Part shown: piece after piece, positions 28,546 to 38,466 of the stretch
How positions within the stretch are numbered: the first letter of the stretch is position 1
Layout of the letters: each line of letters begins with the position of its first letter
From: Collinsella sp.
GTDB lineage: Bacteria; Actinomycetota; Coriobacteriia; Coriobacteriales; Coriobacteriaceae
Direction: 5' to 3'
NCBI GenBank assembly: GCA_048342015.1
Contig: DBGDFS010000030.1
Span: forward strand, 3,709 to 67,708
Length of the DNA: 64,000 nucleotides
Made by a program: the position numbers and the translations under genes
The notes under the pieces: model-generated
The model's input: only the letters and a program-made list of their open reading frames with translations
Told to the model about the DNA's origin: nothing
Databases searched by the model: none

Positions 28546-29568
28546 CTACACCGTGAGGAACATCATCACGATGATCATGGCAAAGCCGATAAGGTCGGTC
28601 GGCAAAAACACCGTACCCAGCATAACGGCGCTGGTGATGGTCGCCGAAACCGGCTCCACAGTTCCGATGAGGCTCGCACGTACCGAGCCGATGTCCTTAA
28701 CGCCCTGCATATAGAGCATGTAAGCAAAAAACGAGCCGATAACCACGAACACCGCGAGCGCCTCGACGCCGGCAGCGTCGAGTGCCGGCATATGCGCCCA
28801 AGGCTGCACGAAGACGCACGAGACCACGCCCGCCGTGAGCATTGCCGAGCCCGTGACGATGGGGCTGCCGTATTCGGGCAGGATCTTGGCGGGAATCACC
28901 GCCATACACGTGGCGCTGACCGCACACATAAGGCCTGCGACCAGGCCAAGCGGCGATATGCTCAGACTGGTAGGGTCACCGCCGGTAGCGATTAAAAAGG
29001 TGCCGCCCAGGGCCAACCCAATGCCAACGGCCTCACGCACGCGAGGCATGCGATGGTCGATCACGCAGGTGTAGCCCATAATGATGACCAGTTGCAGGCA
29101 CTGGAGCACCGTCGCGGTTCCGGCGTTCGTCAGGCGCACGGCCGAAAGATAGCAAAACTGGTTGAACAGCAGGCCAAAGGCGGTAAAGAGCAGCAGCTGC
29201 TTGCGATCGGCGGGTGTGGTCCAGAGCTTAATCAGGCGCTCGCGGTCGCGCGTAACAACCACGGCCATAAAGAGTAGACCGGCGAGAATCTGACGCACGC
29301 TCATAAGCCACAAGGTGTCGACGTGGTAGGTATCGAACAGAAAGCTCGCGCTGGTGCCCGAGAAGCCCCAAAACGAACCGCCCACCAGCGTAGCCAAGAC
29401 GCCCGTGATCATCTTGCGCGTCGAAGCGCTGTTCAGGCGGTCGCGCCACGCGCGACGGGTGTTGCGGCTGAGCTCGTCGGTGCCCTCGGGCACATCAATG
29501 TTCGATATATCGGTCATCGGCACCGAAGCCCCTGCGCCTTCGACCTGCTCGACACACTCTTTGCTCAT
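28546..29568 (-). CDS. DMT/EamA family transporter
   Basis: Ten-TM pattern; FWGFSG, NAGTATVLQ, ASLIGTVEPV. Confidence 0.85.
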   Translation of the reverse strand: MSKECVEQVEGAGASVPMTDISNIDVPEGTDELSRNTRRAWRDRLNSASTRKMITGVLATLVGGSFWGFSGTSASFLFDTYHVDTLWLMSVRQILAGLLFMAVVVTRDRERLIKLWTTPADRKQLLLFTAFGLLFNQFCYLSAVRLTNAGTATVLQCLQLVIIMGYTCVIDHRMPRVREAVGIGLALGGTFLIATGGDPTSLSISPLGLVAGLMCAVSATCMAVIPAKILPEYGSPIVTGSAMLTAGVVSCVFVQPWAHMPALDAAGVEALAVFVVIGSFFAYMLYMQGVKDIGSVRASLIGTVEPVSATITSAVMLGTVFLPTDLIGFAMIIVMMFLTV

Positions 29569-29799
29569 TCCACTCCCCCGAAACAGTCTGGAAGCAATTC
29601 GGCTTACCTTACCACGGCGAAGGCACCAGCCGAAGGCTTGTCCGCTTATCGGTAGGACAATTCCGCAGGCGTCTTTCCATAGCTCGACACCGCAACGGCC
29701 TTGCATTATGCGACAGCCAAATCGCGGCAGCAGGCTCTTTTGAAATGGATATGACAAGACCCCCGAATTCCACAATGTAAGCGATTTTTAAAAATGTTC

Positions 29800-29828
29800 T
29801 TGCCACCGAGTTCAGGCTCCGTTATATT
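29800..29828 (+). promoter_or_regulatory. Sigma70-type promoter of tRNA-Val
   Basis: TTGCCA-17 bp-TATATT, A/T-rich upstream. Confidence 0.7.
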
Positions 29829-29857
29829 ATCCCTTGCGCGCTTGCGCACCCTTGATC

Positions 29858-29932
29858 GGGCGTTTAGCTCAGGGGGAGAGCGCTTCCCTGACACGGAAGA
29901 GGTCAGAAGTTCAAATCTTCTAACGCCCACCA
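29858..29932 (+). tRNA. tRNA-Val(GAC)
   Basis: GGGCGTT/AACGCCC acceptor stem, anticodon arm CTTCC-CTGACAC-GGAAG, GTTCAAATC T-loop, encoded CCA. Confidence 0.97.
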
Positions 29933-29940
29933 AATGTTCG

Positions 29941-29978
29941 CAGCTCAGAGGCTATGTCCTCTGGGCTGTTTTGTTTTA
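29941..29978 (+). terminator. Intrinsic terminator after tRNA-Val
   Basis: CAGCTCAGAGG/CCTCTGGGCTG stem followed by TTTTGTTTT. Confidence 0.75.
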
Positions 29979-30267
29979 TGTCGCCAAATCCGCTGGCAGT
30001 TCCAACCGTCATCGCAACGTAGCATCAATTCACCTGACGAATGGCTGCCAAACAAATTCAATACCCCAACATCAACAATAGCCAGGCACAAAACTGCGCC
30101 GCAAGCTGCTCCAACCGCCCAACTGGCCAAAAGCCGACCATCTACTTGCCGATCTATCCATCGGCATAACCAATCAGTCCGCACCGCAACTTCTCAGCAA
30201 AACGCCACGATGTCTGCGCCCTGCGGTATCCTTGAGCCACTTACACCTGCAGCACCAAGGAGCCACC

Positions 30268-30954
30268 ATGCGCACCGAGCTCGATGTTCCCTTTTCGCAC
30301 AAAGAAGAAGCCAAGGCGTTGGGCGCCAAATGGGACCGGACCAAGAAAATCTGGTATGTACCCAGCGGCGTCAACCCCGAGCCCTTTGCCGAGTGGCTGC
30401 CTGGTATTGACCGATCCGACCCCTCTGCGCCGTATATATATCTAGTACTGGGCAAGCGCGAGTGCTGGAAGTGTCACAAAGAGACCTCGGTCGCGGCCTT
30501 CGGCATTCCCTATCGAGCCGATAACGACGAGAGCATCGCCATCGCGCACGCGCCCAACGAAGCCGGGCACATTGCCATCGACACTGCCAACGCCAACGCA
30601 CTCGCCATCGTGCCCGCTCTTGGCTGCGTGCCGGGCGAGATCCGCGACTACCTTCATAAGCGCTGCGGCTACAAGCCCGTAGGCGCGCGAGCCTCCAAAG
30701 CCCCGTCGCTCGGCAACACGTGCACCAGTTGCGACGCGCTGCAAGGCAGCCGCTATCTGTTCGAGGAGCCCTCGTCCCCGTTTGCCCTCACTGCCATCAA
30801 CAAGCTGCCGGCACTGGAGTTTATACGCGTCGAAGTTGCCGGCGTCTTTGGCGTCCCGGCCACGCGTACCGACTTTGACCAGGCGCTCTTTACCTGGGCA
30901 CGCGACCATCACGCCGAGTTCCACAAGCAGCTCGGTGAGGGGATTTATTTGTAG
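30268..30954 (+). CDS. DUF5710-domain protein with CxxC pairs
   Basis: LDVPFSHKEEAKALGAKWD..KKIWYVP; CWKC and CTSC; AAGGAG RBS. Confidence 0.75.
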   Translation: MRTELDVPFSHKEEAKALGAKWDRTKKIWYVPSGVNPEPFAEWLPGIDRSDPSAPYIYLVLGKRECWKCHKETSVAAFGIPYRADNDESIAIAHAPNEAGHIAIDTANANALAIVPALGCVPGEIRDYLHKRCGYKPVGARASKAPSLGNTCTSCDALQGSRYLFEEPSSPFALTAINKLPALEFIRVEVAGVFGVPATRTDFDQALFTWARDHHAEFHKQLGEGIYL

Positions 30955-30992
30955 GGACGGAGAGGCCTTCACAGTCAGCTCCTCCGCATCAC

Positions 30993-31277
30993 CTATCCCT
31001 CGTCGCCGGCGTCGTACACGATATCGAGGCCACAAACGGGGCATTTCTCCGGATACACCGGCATATGAACGCCTGTCTGTTTTCTCACTTCGTCGCTGAA
31101 CCTGTCGCGCGCATCGATGAACCGAATGTCGAGACACGGTATTTGCGAGCCGCAGCAAGGGCAGGTGACGACAAACGACCCGCAATCAACCTCTACGCTC
31201 GGAAACATATTGTTGTCTATAAGGGCACACGGCAGTTTTCCGTACTTCCCCATCGCAATATCGCCTCGCCAGCTCAT
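30993..31277 (-). CDS. Small putative zinc-ribbon protein
   Basis: CPCC...CPVC; GAGGGGAG RBS upstream. Confidence 0.5.
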   Translation of the reverse strand: MSWRGDIAMGKYGKLPCALIDNNMFPSVEVDCGSFVVTCPCCGSQIPCLDIRFIDARDRFSDEVRKQTGVHMPVYPEKCPVCGLDIVYDAGDEG

Positions 31278-31399
31278 ACACGCTCCCCTCTCGCTATACA
31301 AAACAGGAAGAGCATGCACCGGCGGGCATGCGCGAGATTGCATCGCCACGCGATCCGATCAAACAACACGATCGTCAAAGAATGCCAAAGCCAAATACG

Positions 31400-32491
31400 C
31401 TAATACGGCAGAAGCCCCGCCTTTTCACGCTTCTTTTCCGAGCGATCGAACTCAATGCGATGGGCCTCAAGAAACACCGTATTGGGTCGCCACTGACGCT
31501 CATTCGGCTGCCTTAGCGTCGCACCCGCAAAGGAAGCGTAGCCGGTCTTATCCAGCAGGTACGATCCGCACAGCCGATATTCGCCGCAAACAGGCTCAAA
31601 CGAAATCAGATGAGCATCGAATAAAGCATGTAAGTCGCGCCGAAGCAGAATGCCGTTGCTGGCAACCTGCGATTTGGGTCCCGAGTAATTCTCGATATGT
31701 GCAGCCTCCAGAGCTTCGCTGACGCCGCAGTCCGACACCGCGCAACGGCCATCATAGGCGGCAACGAGCTGCTTGCGGAACCATTGCTGCCCCAATCGCC
31801 CGCGCCTTAACGCATAGCGGACCTTTTCGTCGTCGGTCGTACCCTGTCCGGCAAACTCAATATCGACGGGCATGTGCTTCAGATAGCTCATGTCGGGCGC
31901 AAAACGGGGGTCCGGTCCGCCTTTATGAACAGGACCGTGCAGAACAAACCATCCGTTTTCGGGCTCGAACCGTTCAACAAACGCAAGGCCGAGCACCTTG
32001 TAGCCCACCTCGGTTGCAAATATGACTCCGACTGGAACGCCACATTCCATGCAGTTGAGCATTTTACGGCTGTAATTCTGGTCTCGAGAACCAACGGCGC
32101 CTGGCGCTTGGACCGAATACTTAATGACCCACGTACCATCGTCCAAATAGAGCGGAGGTACATCGGTGTAGAAGCTCTTTTTAGAGTTATGGACCGAAAG
32201 CGCAAAGATCTTATTGGGATCTTGCTTCACCCGATCCTGGCCCGGCCAGAAGATCCCTGAATCCCGCGTTACGGGAAAGAAGTCCGAGCCAATTCTCAAA
32301 CGATACTGATACTGAGGGCTATCTTCCTTGGTGTGGTGCGGAAGGCTGGTCCAAACGCCGCCGCGCTGTTCCTCACCCAGAAACCACTCCCATGCCTCAA
32401 CGTATTCGGAAGGCACGAGACTGCAGGCGCGGTCATAGCTTGGTCCATCCATCAACGGAACAGCAAGGTCAATGTCGTTCATCGCCAGCAC
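31400..32491 (-). CDS. HNH endonuclease with putative SRA-like N-terminal domain (candidate modification-dependent restriction enzyme)
   Basis: RLGQQWFRKQLVAAYDGRCAVSD...LEAAHI...NGILLRRDLHALFD...FLEAHR; lower GC than flanks. Confidence 0.8.
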   Translation of the reverse strand: MLAMNDIDLAVPLMDGPSYDRACSLVPSEYVEAWEWFLGEEQRGGVWTSLPHHTKEDSPQYQYRLRIGSDFFPVTRDSGIFWPGQDRVKQDPNKIFALSVHNSKKSFYTDVPPLYLDDGTWVIKYSVQAPGAVGSRDQNYSRKMLNCMECGVPVGVIFATEVGYKVLGLAFVERFEPENGWFVLHGPVHKGGPDPRFAPDMSYLKHMPVDIEFAGQGTTDDEKVRYALRRGRLGQQWFRKQLVAAYDGRCAVSDCGVSEALEAAHIENYSGPKSQVASNGILLRRDLHALFDAHLISFEPVCGEYRLCGSYLLDKTGYASFAGATLRQPNERQWRPNTVFLEAHRIEFDRSEKKREKAGLLPY

Positions 32492-32697
32492 CTACAACCA
32501 TACGAACGCGAGTCATGCCCCTCAATAATATGGCCGAGAGTCAATTATTACGAGATCTCATTCCGCGATCGGCACATCGTTGATGCTCTCGGTTTGCCGC
32601 TGGCGCGCTTGTACCCCGCTACCCCACTTCCCTGTATACTGATGTAGCACGTGTTTCATCCGGGCTTGTTGGGCCGGGTCGTTCATGGGAGGGTCTT

Positions 32698-33189
32698 ATG
32701 GCTGCCTCGAATCCGCCTAAGGGGAGCGTTTCTTCTTCGTCCATCAAGCCGGTTACGCGCAAGGCCGTGCGTTGCCAGCGCGAGGTCGCTTGGCTTGTCA
32801 CGCAGGCGGCGGGCAGGCTTGTGGCGACCACTCAGGACGTCAATGCGCCTACGCCGAGCTTTGTGTTAGCGGCGGCGCTGGATTTTGTGCGCCAATTGGA
32901 GCTTGCCGCGCAGGATGCCAACGGCCACCTCGACTACCAGAACGTTATGGCGCCCGACCTGCAAACGTTCTGTCACATGGCCAAGTTGCCTGCCGCGCCC
33001 AATGCGCTTTCGGACGCAGGCTACATGTTTACGCTCTCGGGCGCGGACCTTATCCGCGACATCTATGCATACTGTAGCGAGCTCGCCGAGCGCCACGTCT
33101 TTGACGCGGCAGAAGTCAAACCGGGAAATGTCATCAAGCTGGTTCTTAGGCTGTTCTTGACAGACGGGTTCGGGGCCATGCCGGCGTAA
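32698..33189 (+). CDS. Hypothetical protein
   Basis: 163 aa, GGAGAGGG RBS and TATACT upstream; no recognised motif. Confidence 0.55.
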   Translation: MAASNPPKGSVSSSSIKPVTRKAVRCQREVAWLVTQAAGRLVATTQDVNAPTPSFVLAAALDFVRQLELAAQDANGHLDYQNVMAPDLQTFCHMAKLPAAPNALSDAGYMFTLSGADLIRDIYAYCSELAERHVFDAAEVKPGNVIKLVLRLFLTDGFGAMPA

Positions 33190-33289
33190 GCCGAGTCTTT
33201 AGCATCACCGTCGACTGGGCAACAACCGCTTTACCTTAATGGACGCCAATCGAGGGTCGATTATTGGGTCGCCTCGTCCACTAACGCAT

Positions 33290-34459
33290 CTATCCCACGC
33301 ACTCCGACAGTCGATACTTGCGGTTGCGGCTCGTCGCCGGCGCCGTGGGCTCAAGCTCGCCTTGAGCAATGAGCGCGTTGACGCGCGACCTAACCTGGGA
33401 AATTGTGAGCCCTGTGCGCTCTGCCAGCTCGCGCGTCCCCAGCTCGCCGTAGTGTTTGAGTGCCGTCACAATTAAGCCCCCGCCATGATCGACCGGCTCG
33501 ATCTTTGAACGGTAAAATACGACCTTGAACCGATCGAATCCCGGGCAGAACAGGGGCTCGGCCAGACCATGCGCGCGCATGGCATCGATCATCATCGGGA
33601 TGCCCGAGCCATTGCCCTCAGCCGGCGAACCTGCGCCATCCGGCAGCGGGACAATCGACATGAGCTTCACAAGCGTCGCGTTACGGCATCGGGAGCTGCC
33701 GTCAAACAAGTTCTCGCGAGTCTTTCCCCCGTAAAGGCCGCCAGGATTCGTCACCTCGACACGATCATCAAAGACGTCGACGGCAATCGATTGTCCACAG
33801 AACCGATCCCCGTATTCTCGATGGATTACGGCGTTGGCGATTGCTTCGCGCAGAACCTCCTCGGGAATCTCAAGCGAGTCGACACGCGAGACGCCTTGGA
33901 CGGTCGAGGTTCGCCGCAAATTCTTGGCGACGGCTGCGACGGCATCCGAGATCATCTCGCCCAACGTTCCCTCACAGATTGTGCGGTCCATGAACCTCAG
34001 CAACCCCGCCATGCCCTTCTGAGTTCCCGCATGGACAGCCACGTCAATGAAGAGCTTGGGATAGAACTGCTGAGGGTAGGTGCCCACAACTAGGAGTCCA
34101 GCCTTGGTGACATTGCCCTGGGAATCAAGGATATTTAGGCGCTCCAGCTTCGTTTGTTTGTCCGGCGCGCCGCGCATCGCTCGAGGCGTCAACGAGAAAG
34201 CCCGATCGATCGTACGGTCGACCAGCGTCTCGTCGAGATTGTCCGCGCCCGCACCCGCCACCGCGTCCCGATCGCTCGGAGTCGCTCGACCGTATGACGC
34301 CAATGTGAGCACCTCGGTCGATGAAAGCGGCACATCTTTGTCATCGATGCGCTTGTAGCTGCCGCCCTGGGCGCCCCACTCTATGACATAGCAGGGCTTG
34401 CTCGACGGATCGAGCTCCTCAATCGTAATGACGAGAACGATGACGCCCTGAAGCTCCAC
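33290..34459 (-). pseudogene. AlbA_2(Schlafen)-HATPase_c_4-HTH protein, apparently 5'-truncated
   Basis: LREAIANAVIHREY, FDDRVEVTNPGG, RNATL, GSGI and C-terminal HTH; starts at what looks like the tail of the AlbA_2 domain (VITIEEL...KPCY...YKR). Confidence 0.6.
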
Positions 34460-34504
34460 TCGCTCGGTCCTGCGGAGAATGCCGCGGATAGATTTCCCTC
34501 GTCT

Positions 34505-34746
34505 CTCAGTTATCTCTCGTAATTATCTCTCATTTATCTCTCTATCTCTCGGCTTAGAGATAAGAGATAGATAGAGATGGAATGTCTACCATTTGCTTCA
34601 TTTATACATATTTTTGCTGGTAGAACAATCGGTATTGAGACAATACCATGATTGCCTACCTCTTTGCTGCTCAGTTATCTCTCATATTTTTCTCTCATCT
34701 TCCTGTCATCTCTCGTATTAGAGACGAATGAGAGACGAGAGATACG
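34505..34746. repeat. Two degenerate TCTC/GAGA quasi-palindromic blocks
   Basis: CTCAGTTATCTCTC at 34505 and 34670, each followed by ATCTCTC units and then GAGA-rich runs. Confidence 0.7.
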
Positions 34747-34756
34747 CGAGTGATGG

Positions 34757-34881
34757 ACGAGCGAGGATTTTCGGACGGTCGGATATCGAGAGTGGATATT
34801 TGGACGGTTTTTGGGGCTTTTGCGGCAAATTCCGTCCAAATATCCACTCTCGTTTGGCGAGTGTCCAAATTTCCACGCTCG
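34757..34881. repeat. Repeat family A cluster without associated gene
   Basis: Perfect 21 bp IR CGAGAGTGGATATTTGGACGG (34787-34807 / 34832-34852) with outer units GAGCGAGGATTTTCGGAC and GTCCAAATTTCCACGCTC. Confidence 0.8.
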
Positions 34882-35017
34882 CGCGGCGGTCACGCGGGGC
34901 CTTTACCCAATCCGCCGGTATCGCCTTCAGTTCGCTGCAGAACCGCGGCCCCATATGGGTATACTCTCGAGGATTCGACTCGATTCGCCCCCGCTGGGGC
35001 GTCAAAGGAGACTGCAT

Positions 35018-38000
35018 ATGCCCACCACCTCAACCGACTCGCGCGCCGCTGCCGCCGCGCTGCTGGTACCCGGTACCACCTGCCACGGTTTTACCGTCGA
35101 GCGCTGCGAGACCGTGCCCGAGCTCGACTCGGATGCCTACGTACTTCGCCACACCGCCTCGGGCGCTCGCCTGCTGTACCTGGCGTGCGACGACGAAAAC
35201 AAGGCTTTTGCCATTGGCTTTAAGACGCCGCCGGCCGATTCCACCGGTGTGTTCCATATTCTTGAGCACTCGGTGCTGTGTGGGTCGGCCAAGTTCCCCG
35301 TCAAGGAGCCGTTTGTCGACCTGATCAAGAGCTCCATGCAGACGTTCCTCAACGCCATGACCTACCCCGACAAGACCATCTACCCCGTTGCCACCACCAA
35401 CGAGCAGGATTTGTACAACCTGATGGACGTGTACCTGGACGCGGTGTTCAACCCGGCCATCTATACCAAGCCCACCATTTTTGAGCAGGAGGGCTGGCAC
35501 TACGAGCTGGACCTGCCGGAGAGCGTCGAGGGCGAGGGCGACGGCAGCTCCGCGAACCTACGCGAGGGCACGCTGCGCTATAACGGCGTTGTCTTCAACG
35601 AGATGAAGGGCGCGCTGTCCGATCCCATGAGCGTGCTGGATGACGCCGTTAACGCCGCGCTCTATCCCGATACCGCCTATGCGCACGAGAGCGGCGGCGA
35701 CCCGCGCGCGATTCCCGCGCTTACCTACGAGCAGTTCCTGGACACGCACGCTCGCCATTACAATCCTTCCAACTCTTATATAACGCTCTACGGCGACCTG
35801 GATGTGAACCGTGCGCTGGCATTTTTGGATGAGCGCTACCTGTCGCAGTCGAGCGCCGCGAGCCGCCGCATGGACGCCGCCGTTGCCGCCGGCGAGGATC
35901 CGTCCGCGCTGGCGCCCAATCCGTTGGACGTGCAGGCGCCCGTGACCTGCGAGTATGAGCGCGTCGAGATGGCCACCACACCCGAGAATGCCCTGGTGGG
36001 CCTGGGCCTTGTGCTGGGAAACGCGCTCGACCGCAAGCGCACGATCGCGGCGGATATCCTGTTCGAGGCGCTGCTGGGGTCCAACGAGGCGCCGGTCAAA
36101 AAGGCTATTCTGGCGGCAGGTCTGGGCGGCAACGTGGTGAGCTACACCGCGGCCGAGTGCCTGCAGCCCTACGAGCTCATCATGCTGCAGAACGCACAGC
36201 CCGGCGTGGCGCGCGAGCTGCGCCGCGTGTTCCAGGACGCCTGTCGTGACCTGTGTGAGCACGGCGTTCCGCGCGAGCGTCTGGAGGCCATCATCAGCAG
36301 CAACGAGTACGACCTGCGCCAGCGCGACTATGGCATCGCCGACGGCGTGGCCATTGCGTGCGATGCGCTGAGCACGTGGCTCTACGATGACGACGCCGCG
36401 ACGCTGGCACTCAAGTACGGCCCGGTGTACGAGGAGCTGCGCGGCGAGCTGGACGGCAGCTATTTTGAGGATCTGCTGCGCGAGCTAGTGCTGGGAAACG
36501 ACCACATGGCGCTCGTCGAGCTGGTGCCGGTGGACGCCGCCGAGGGTGCGGAGAGCGCCGAGGCCGCAGAGCTTGCCGCCAAGCGTGACGCCATGACCGA
36601 TGCCGAGCTGACCAATGTGGTTGAGCGCACGGCCGCGCTGCGTGCCGCACAGGAGGCCGAGGACACGCCCGAGGCCAAGGCCACGCTGCCGCGCCTGCGC
36701 GTGTCCGACATTGGCGAGGCGCGCCCCGAGCCGCCGCTCGTTGTGGACACGACCGCGCCCATCCCCTGCCTGCGCCACGGCATCCCCACCAACCGCCTGG
36801 CCTACGCCATGCAGTACTTCGACCTGAGCAGCGTCGCATTTGAGGACCTGCCCTACGTGACGCTGCTCTGCCGCCTGCTTAAGCAGCTGCCCACGCGCGA
36901 GCACTCGGCAGAGGAACTCGACAACCTGCTTGCCGGCAAGCTGGGCTTTTTGAGCTTTACGACCGAGGTCATGACGCAGCCCGACGTGGACGGCGTGCGC
37001 CCCTACCTGCTGGTGAGCGCCGGCGCCCTGTCCGAGAAGATCGATGCGCTGGCGAGCCTGCCGCGCGAGGTGTGGTCGAGCACACTTTTGGCGGACGCCG
37101 ACGCCGACCGCGTGCGCGACGTGCTCACGCAGATTCGTATTGGACTCGAGCAGGGCTTCATTAACAACGGCCACTCGGCGGCGCTGGGCCGCGCGATGAG
37201 CTACAGCTCGCCTTCGGCCGTGGTGCGCGAGCAGCTCTCGGGCGTGGACTTCTACCTGTTCCTGCGCGACCTGCTCGATCACTTTGACGAGCGCCTGGAC
37301 GGGCTGCACGCCAAGCTTGCCAAGTTGGCGGAGCGCATCTTTGTGGCCGATGGTTGCATGGCGAGCTTTACCGGCAGCGACGAGGACTTTGACGCATACT
37401 GGGATGCCGCGGGCGACCTGGGGCTGAGCGCGAGCGACGGCGCTGGCCGCGACGCGCTCGTGGTGCCGGCGCCGTGCGACCGCCACGAGGCCTTTGTCAT
37501 CCCCAGCGACATCTGCTTTGCGGCGCGCGCCTGCGATCCTCGTCGCTTGGGCATTGACGTGACAGGCGCCTGGGCGGTGGCTGCCAACGCGCTCTCCTAC
37601 GACTACCTGTGGAACGAGATCCGCGTAAAGGGCGGCGCGTACGGCTGCGGTTTCCGCGCGGCCGGCGAGCGCCAGGCGGCGTTCTACACCTACCGCGACC
37701 CCGCGATCGACCCCTCGATCGAGCGCGTGGAGCGCGCGGGCGCATGGCTCGGCAGCTTTGAGCCCGACGAGGCAGCCTTCGGGGGCTTTATCGTGAGCTG
37801 CGTGAGCGGCATGGACGCACCGGTAAAGCCGTACGCGCTCACCAAGCGCCGCAACACGACCTACCTGGCCGGCCTCGATCCGCACGCACGTGAGGAGCGC
37901 CGCGCCCAGATGCTCGCCGCCACGCCCGCCGAGCTGCGCTCGCTCGGCGCCGACGTGACACGCATCGCAGCCGAGTCGCCAACCTGTGTCTTTGGCGGCC

Positions 38001-38056
38001 GAGACGTCATCGCCAAGAGCAACGCCGGCTTCAACGTAGTCGACCTGCTGGCATAA
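35018..38056 (+). CDS. M16C (insulinase/PreP-like) metallopeptidase
   Basis: HILEH inverted zincin, FLNAMTYPDKT, GVVFNEMKG, IRVKGGAYG, YRDP; AAAGGAG RBS. Confidence 0.93.
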   Translation: MPTTSTDSRAAAAALLVPGTTCHGFTVERCETVPELDSDAYVLRHTASGARLLYLACDDENKAFAIGFKTPPADSTGVFHILEHSVLCGSAKFPVKEPFVDLIKSSMQTFLNAMTYPDKTIYPVATTNEQDLYNLMDVYLDAVFNPAIYTKPTIFEQEGWHYELDLPESVEGEGDGSSANLREGTLRYNGVVFNEMKGALSDPMSVLDDAVNAALYPDTAYAHESGGDPRAIPALTYEQFLDTHARHYNPSNSYITLYGDLDVNRALAFLDERYLSQSSAASRRMDAAVAAGEDPSALAPNPLDVQAPVTCEYERVEMATTPENALVGLGLVLGNALDRKRTIAADILFEALLGSNEAPVKKAILAAGLGGNVVSYTAAECLQPYELIMLQNAQPGVARELRRVFQDACRDLCEHGVPRERLEAIISSNEYDLRQRDYGIADGVAIACDALSTWLYDDDAATLALKYGPVYEELRGELDGSYFEDLLRELVLGNDHMALVELVPVDAAEGAESAEAAELAAKRDAMTDAELTNVVERTAALRAAQEAEDTPEAKATLPRLRVSDIGEARPEPPLVVDTTAPIPCLRHGIPTNRLAYAMQYFDLSSVAFEDLPYVTLLCRLLKQLPTREHSAEELDNLLAGKLGFLSFTTEVMTQPDVDGVRPYLLVSAGALSEKIDALASLPREVWSSTLLADADADRVRDVLTQIRIGLEQGFINNGHSAALGRAMSYSSPSAVVREQLSGVDFYLFLRDLLDHFDERLDGLHAKLAKLAERIFVADGCMASFTGSDEDFDAYWDAAGDLGLSASDGAGRDALVVPAPCDRHEAFVIPSDICFAARACDPRRLGIDVTGAWAVAANALSYDYLWNEIRVKGGAYGCGFRAAGERQAAFYTYRDPAIDPSIERVERAGAWLGSFEPDEAAFGGFIVSCVSGMDAPVKPYALTKRRNTTYLAGLDPHAREERRAQMLAATPAELRSLGADVTRIAAESPTCVFGGRDVIAKSNAGFNVVDLLA

Positions 38057-38069
38057 CCACAGCAAGCAA

Positions 38070-38106
38070 AACCGCCACAAAGGGGACAGGTACCTTTGTG
38101 GCGGTT
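38070..38106. repeat. Hairpin left of hicAB (REP-like or terminator)
   Basis: AACCGCCACAAAGG-GGACAGGTA-CCTTTGTGGCGGTT. Confidence 0.7.
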
Positions 38107-38142
38107 CGAACACTTGTTCTATACGTACATGTGTTCTATAGT
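38107..38142 (+). promoter_or_regulatory. Tandem LexA (SOS)-like boxes over a putative promoter
   Basis: CGAAC-ACTT-GTTCT (38107-38120) and CGTAC-ATGT-GTTCT (38124-38137); TTGTTC-17-TATAGT. Confidence 0.55.
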
Positions 38143-38150
38143 ATGGGTGA

Positions 38151-38187
38151 TTGCTTCGGGCTTAAATTGCAACTATAATATAGTTGC
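38151..38187 (+). promoter_or_regulatory. hicAB promoter with palindromic operator
   Basis: TTGCTT-17-TATAAT; perfect palindrome GCAACTATA-A-TATAGTTGC (38169-38187). Confidence 0.75.
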
Positions 38188-38202
38188 GGGATGTGAGGCA
38201 GG

Positions 38203-38466
38203 ATGACTCGGATCGACAAACTCATCGCCCAGCTGCTTAGCTGTCCTTCAACGTATAGATTCGCTGACTTTCTTAAAGTTATGGCTTCATATGGCTTTGA
38301 AATGGACAGCAAAGGCAAGACATCCGGATCGCGCGTTCGCTTCTACAGGCCATCAGATGGCAGGATGTTCGTAATGCACGCGCCTCATCCATCTGACGCA
38401 TTGACAGCGGGGACCATTCGAAACATCGTTCGCTTTCTGCAAGATGTCGGAGGTAGTCATGAGTAA
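38203..38466 (+). CDS. hicA: HicA family toxin
   Basis: 87 aa, GKTSGSRVRF...MHAPHP; directly upstream of hicB. Confidence 0.85.
   Translation: MTRIDKLIAQLLSCPSTYRFADFLKVMASYGFEMDSKGKTSGSRVRFYRPSDGRMFVMHAPHPSDALTAGTIRNIVRFLQDVGGSHE

Noticed and set aside
29910..34900. Intact integrative element or prophage at tRNA-Val
   Set aside because: No integrase or phage genes, and no second copy of the tRNA 3' end found by eye
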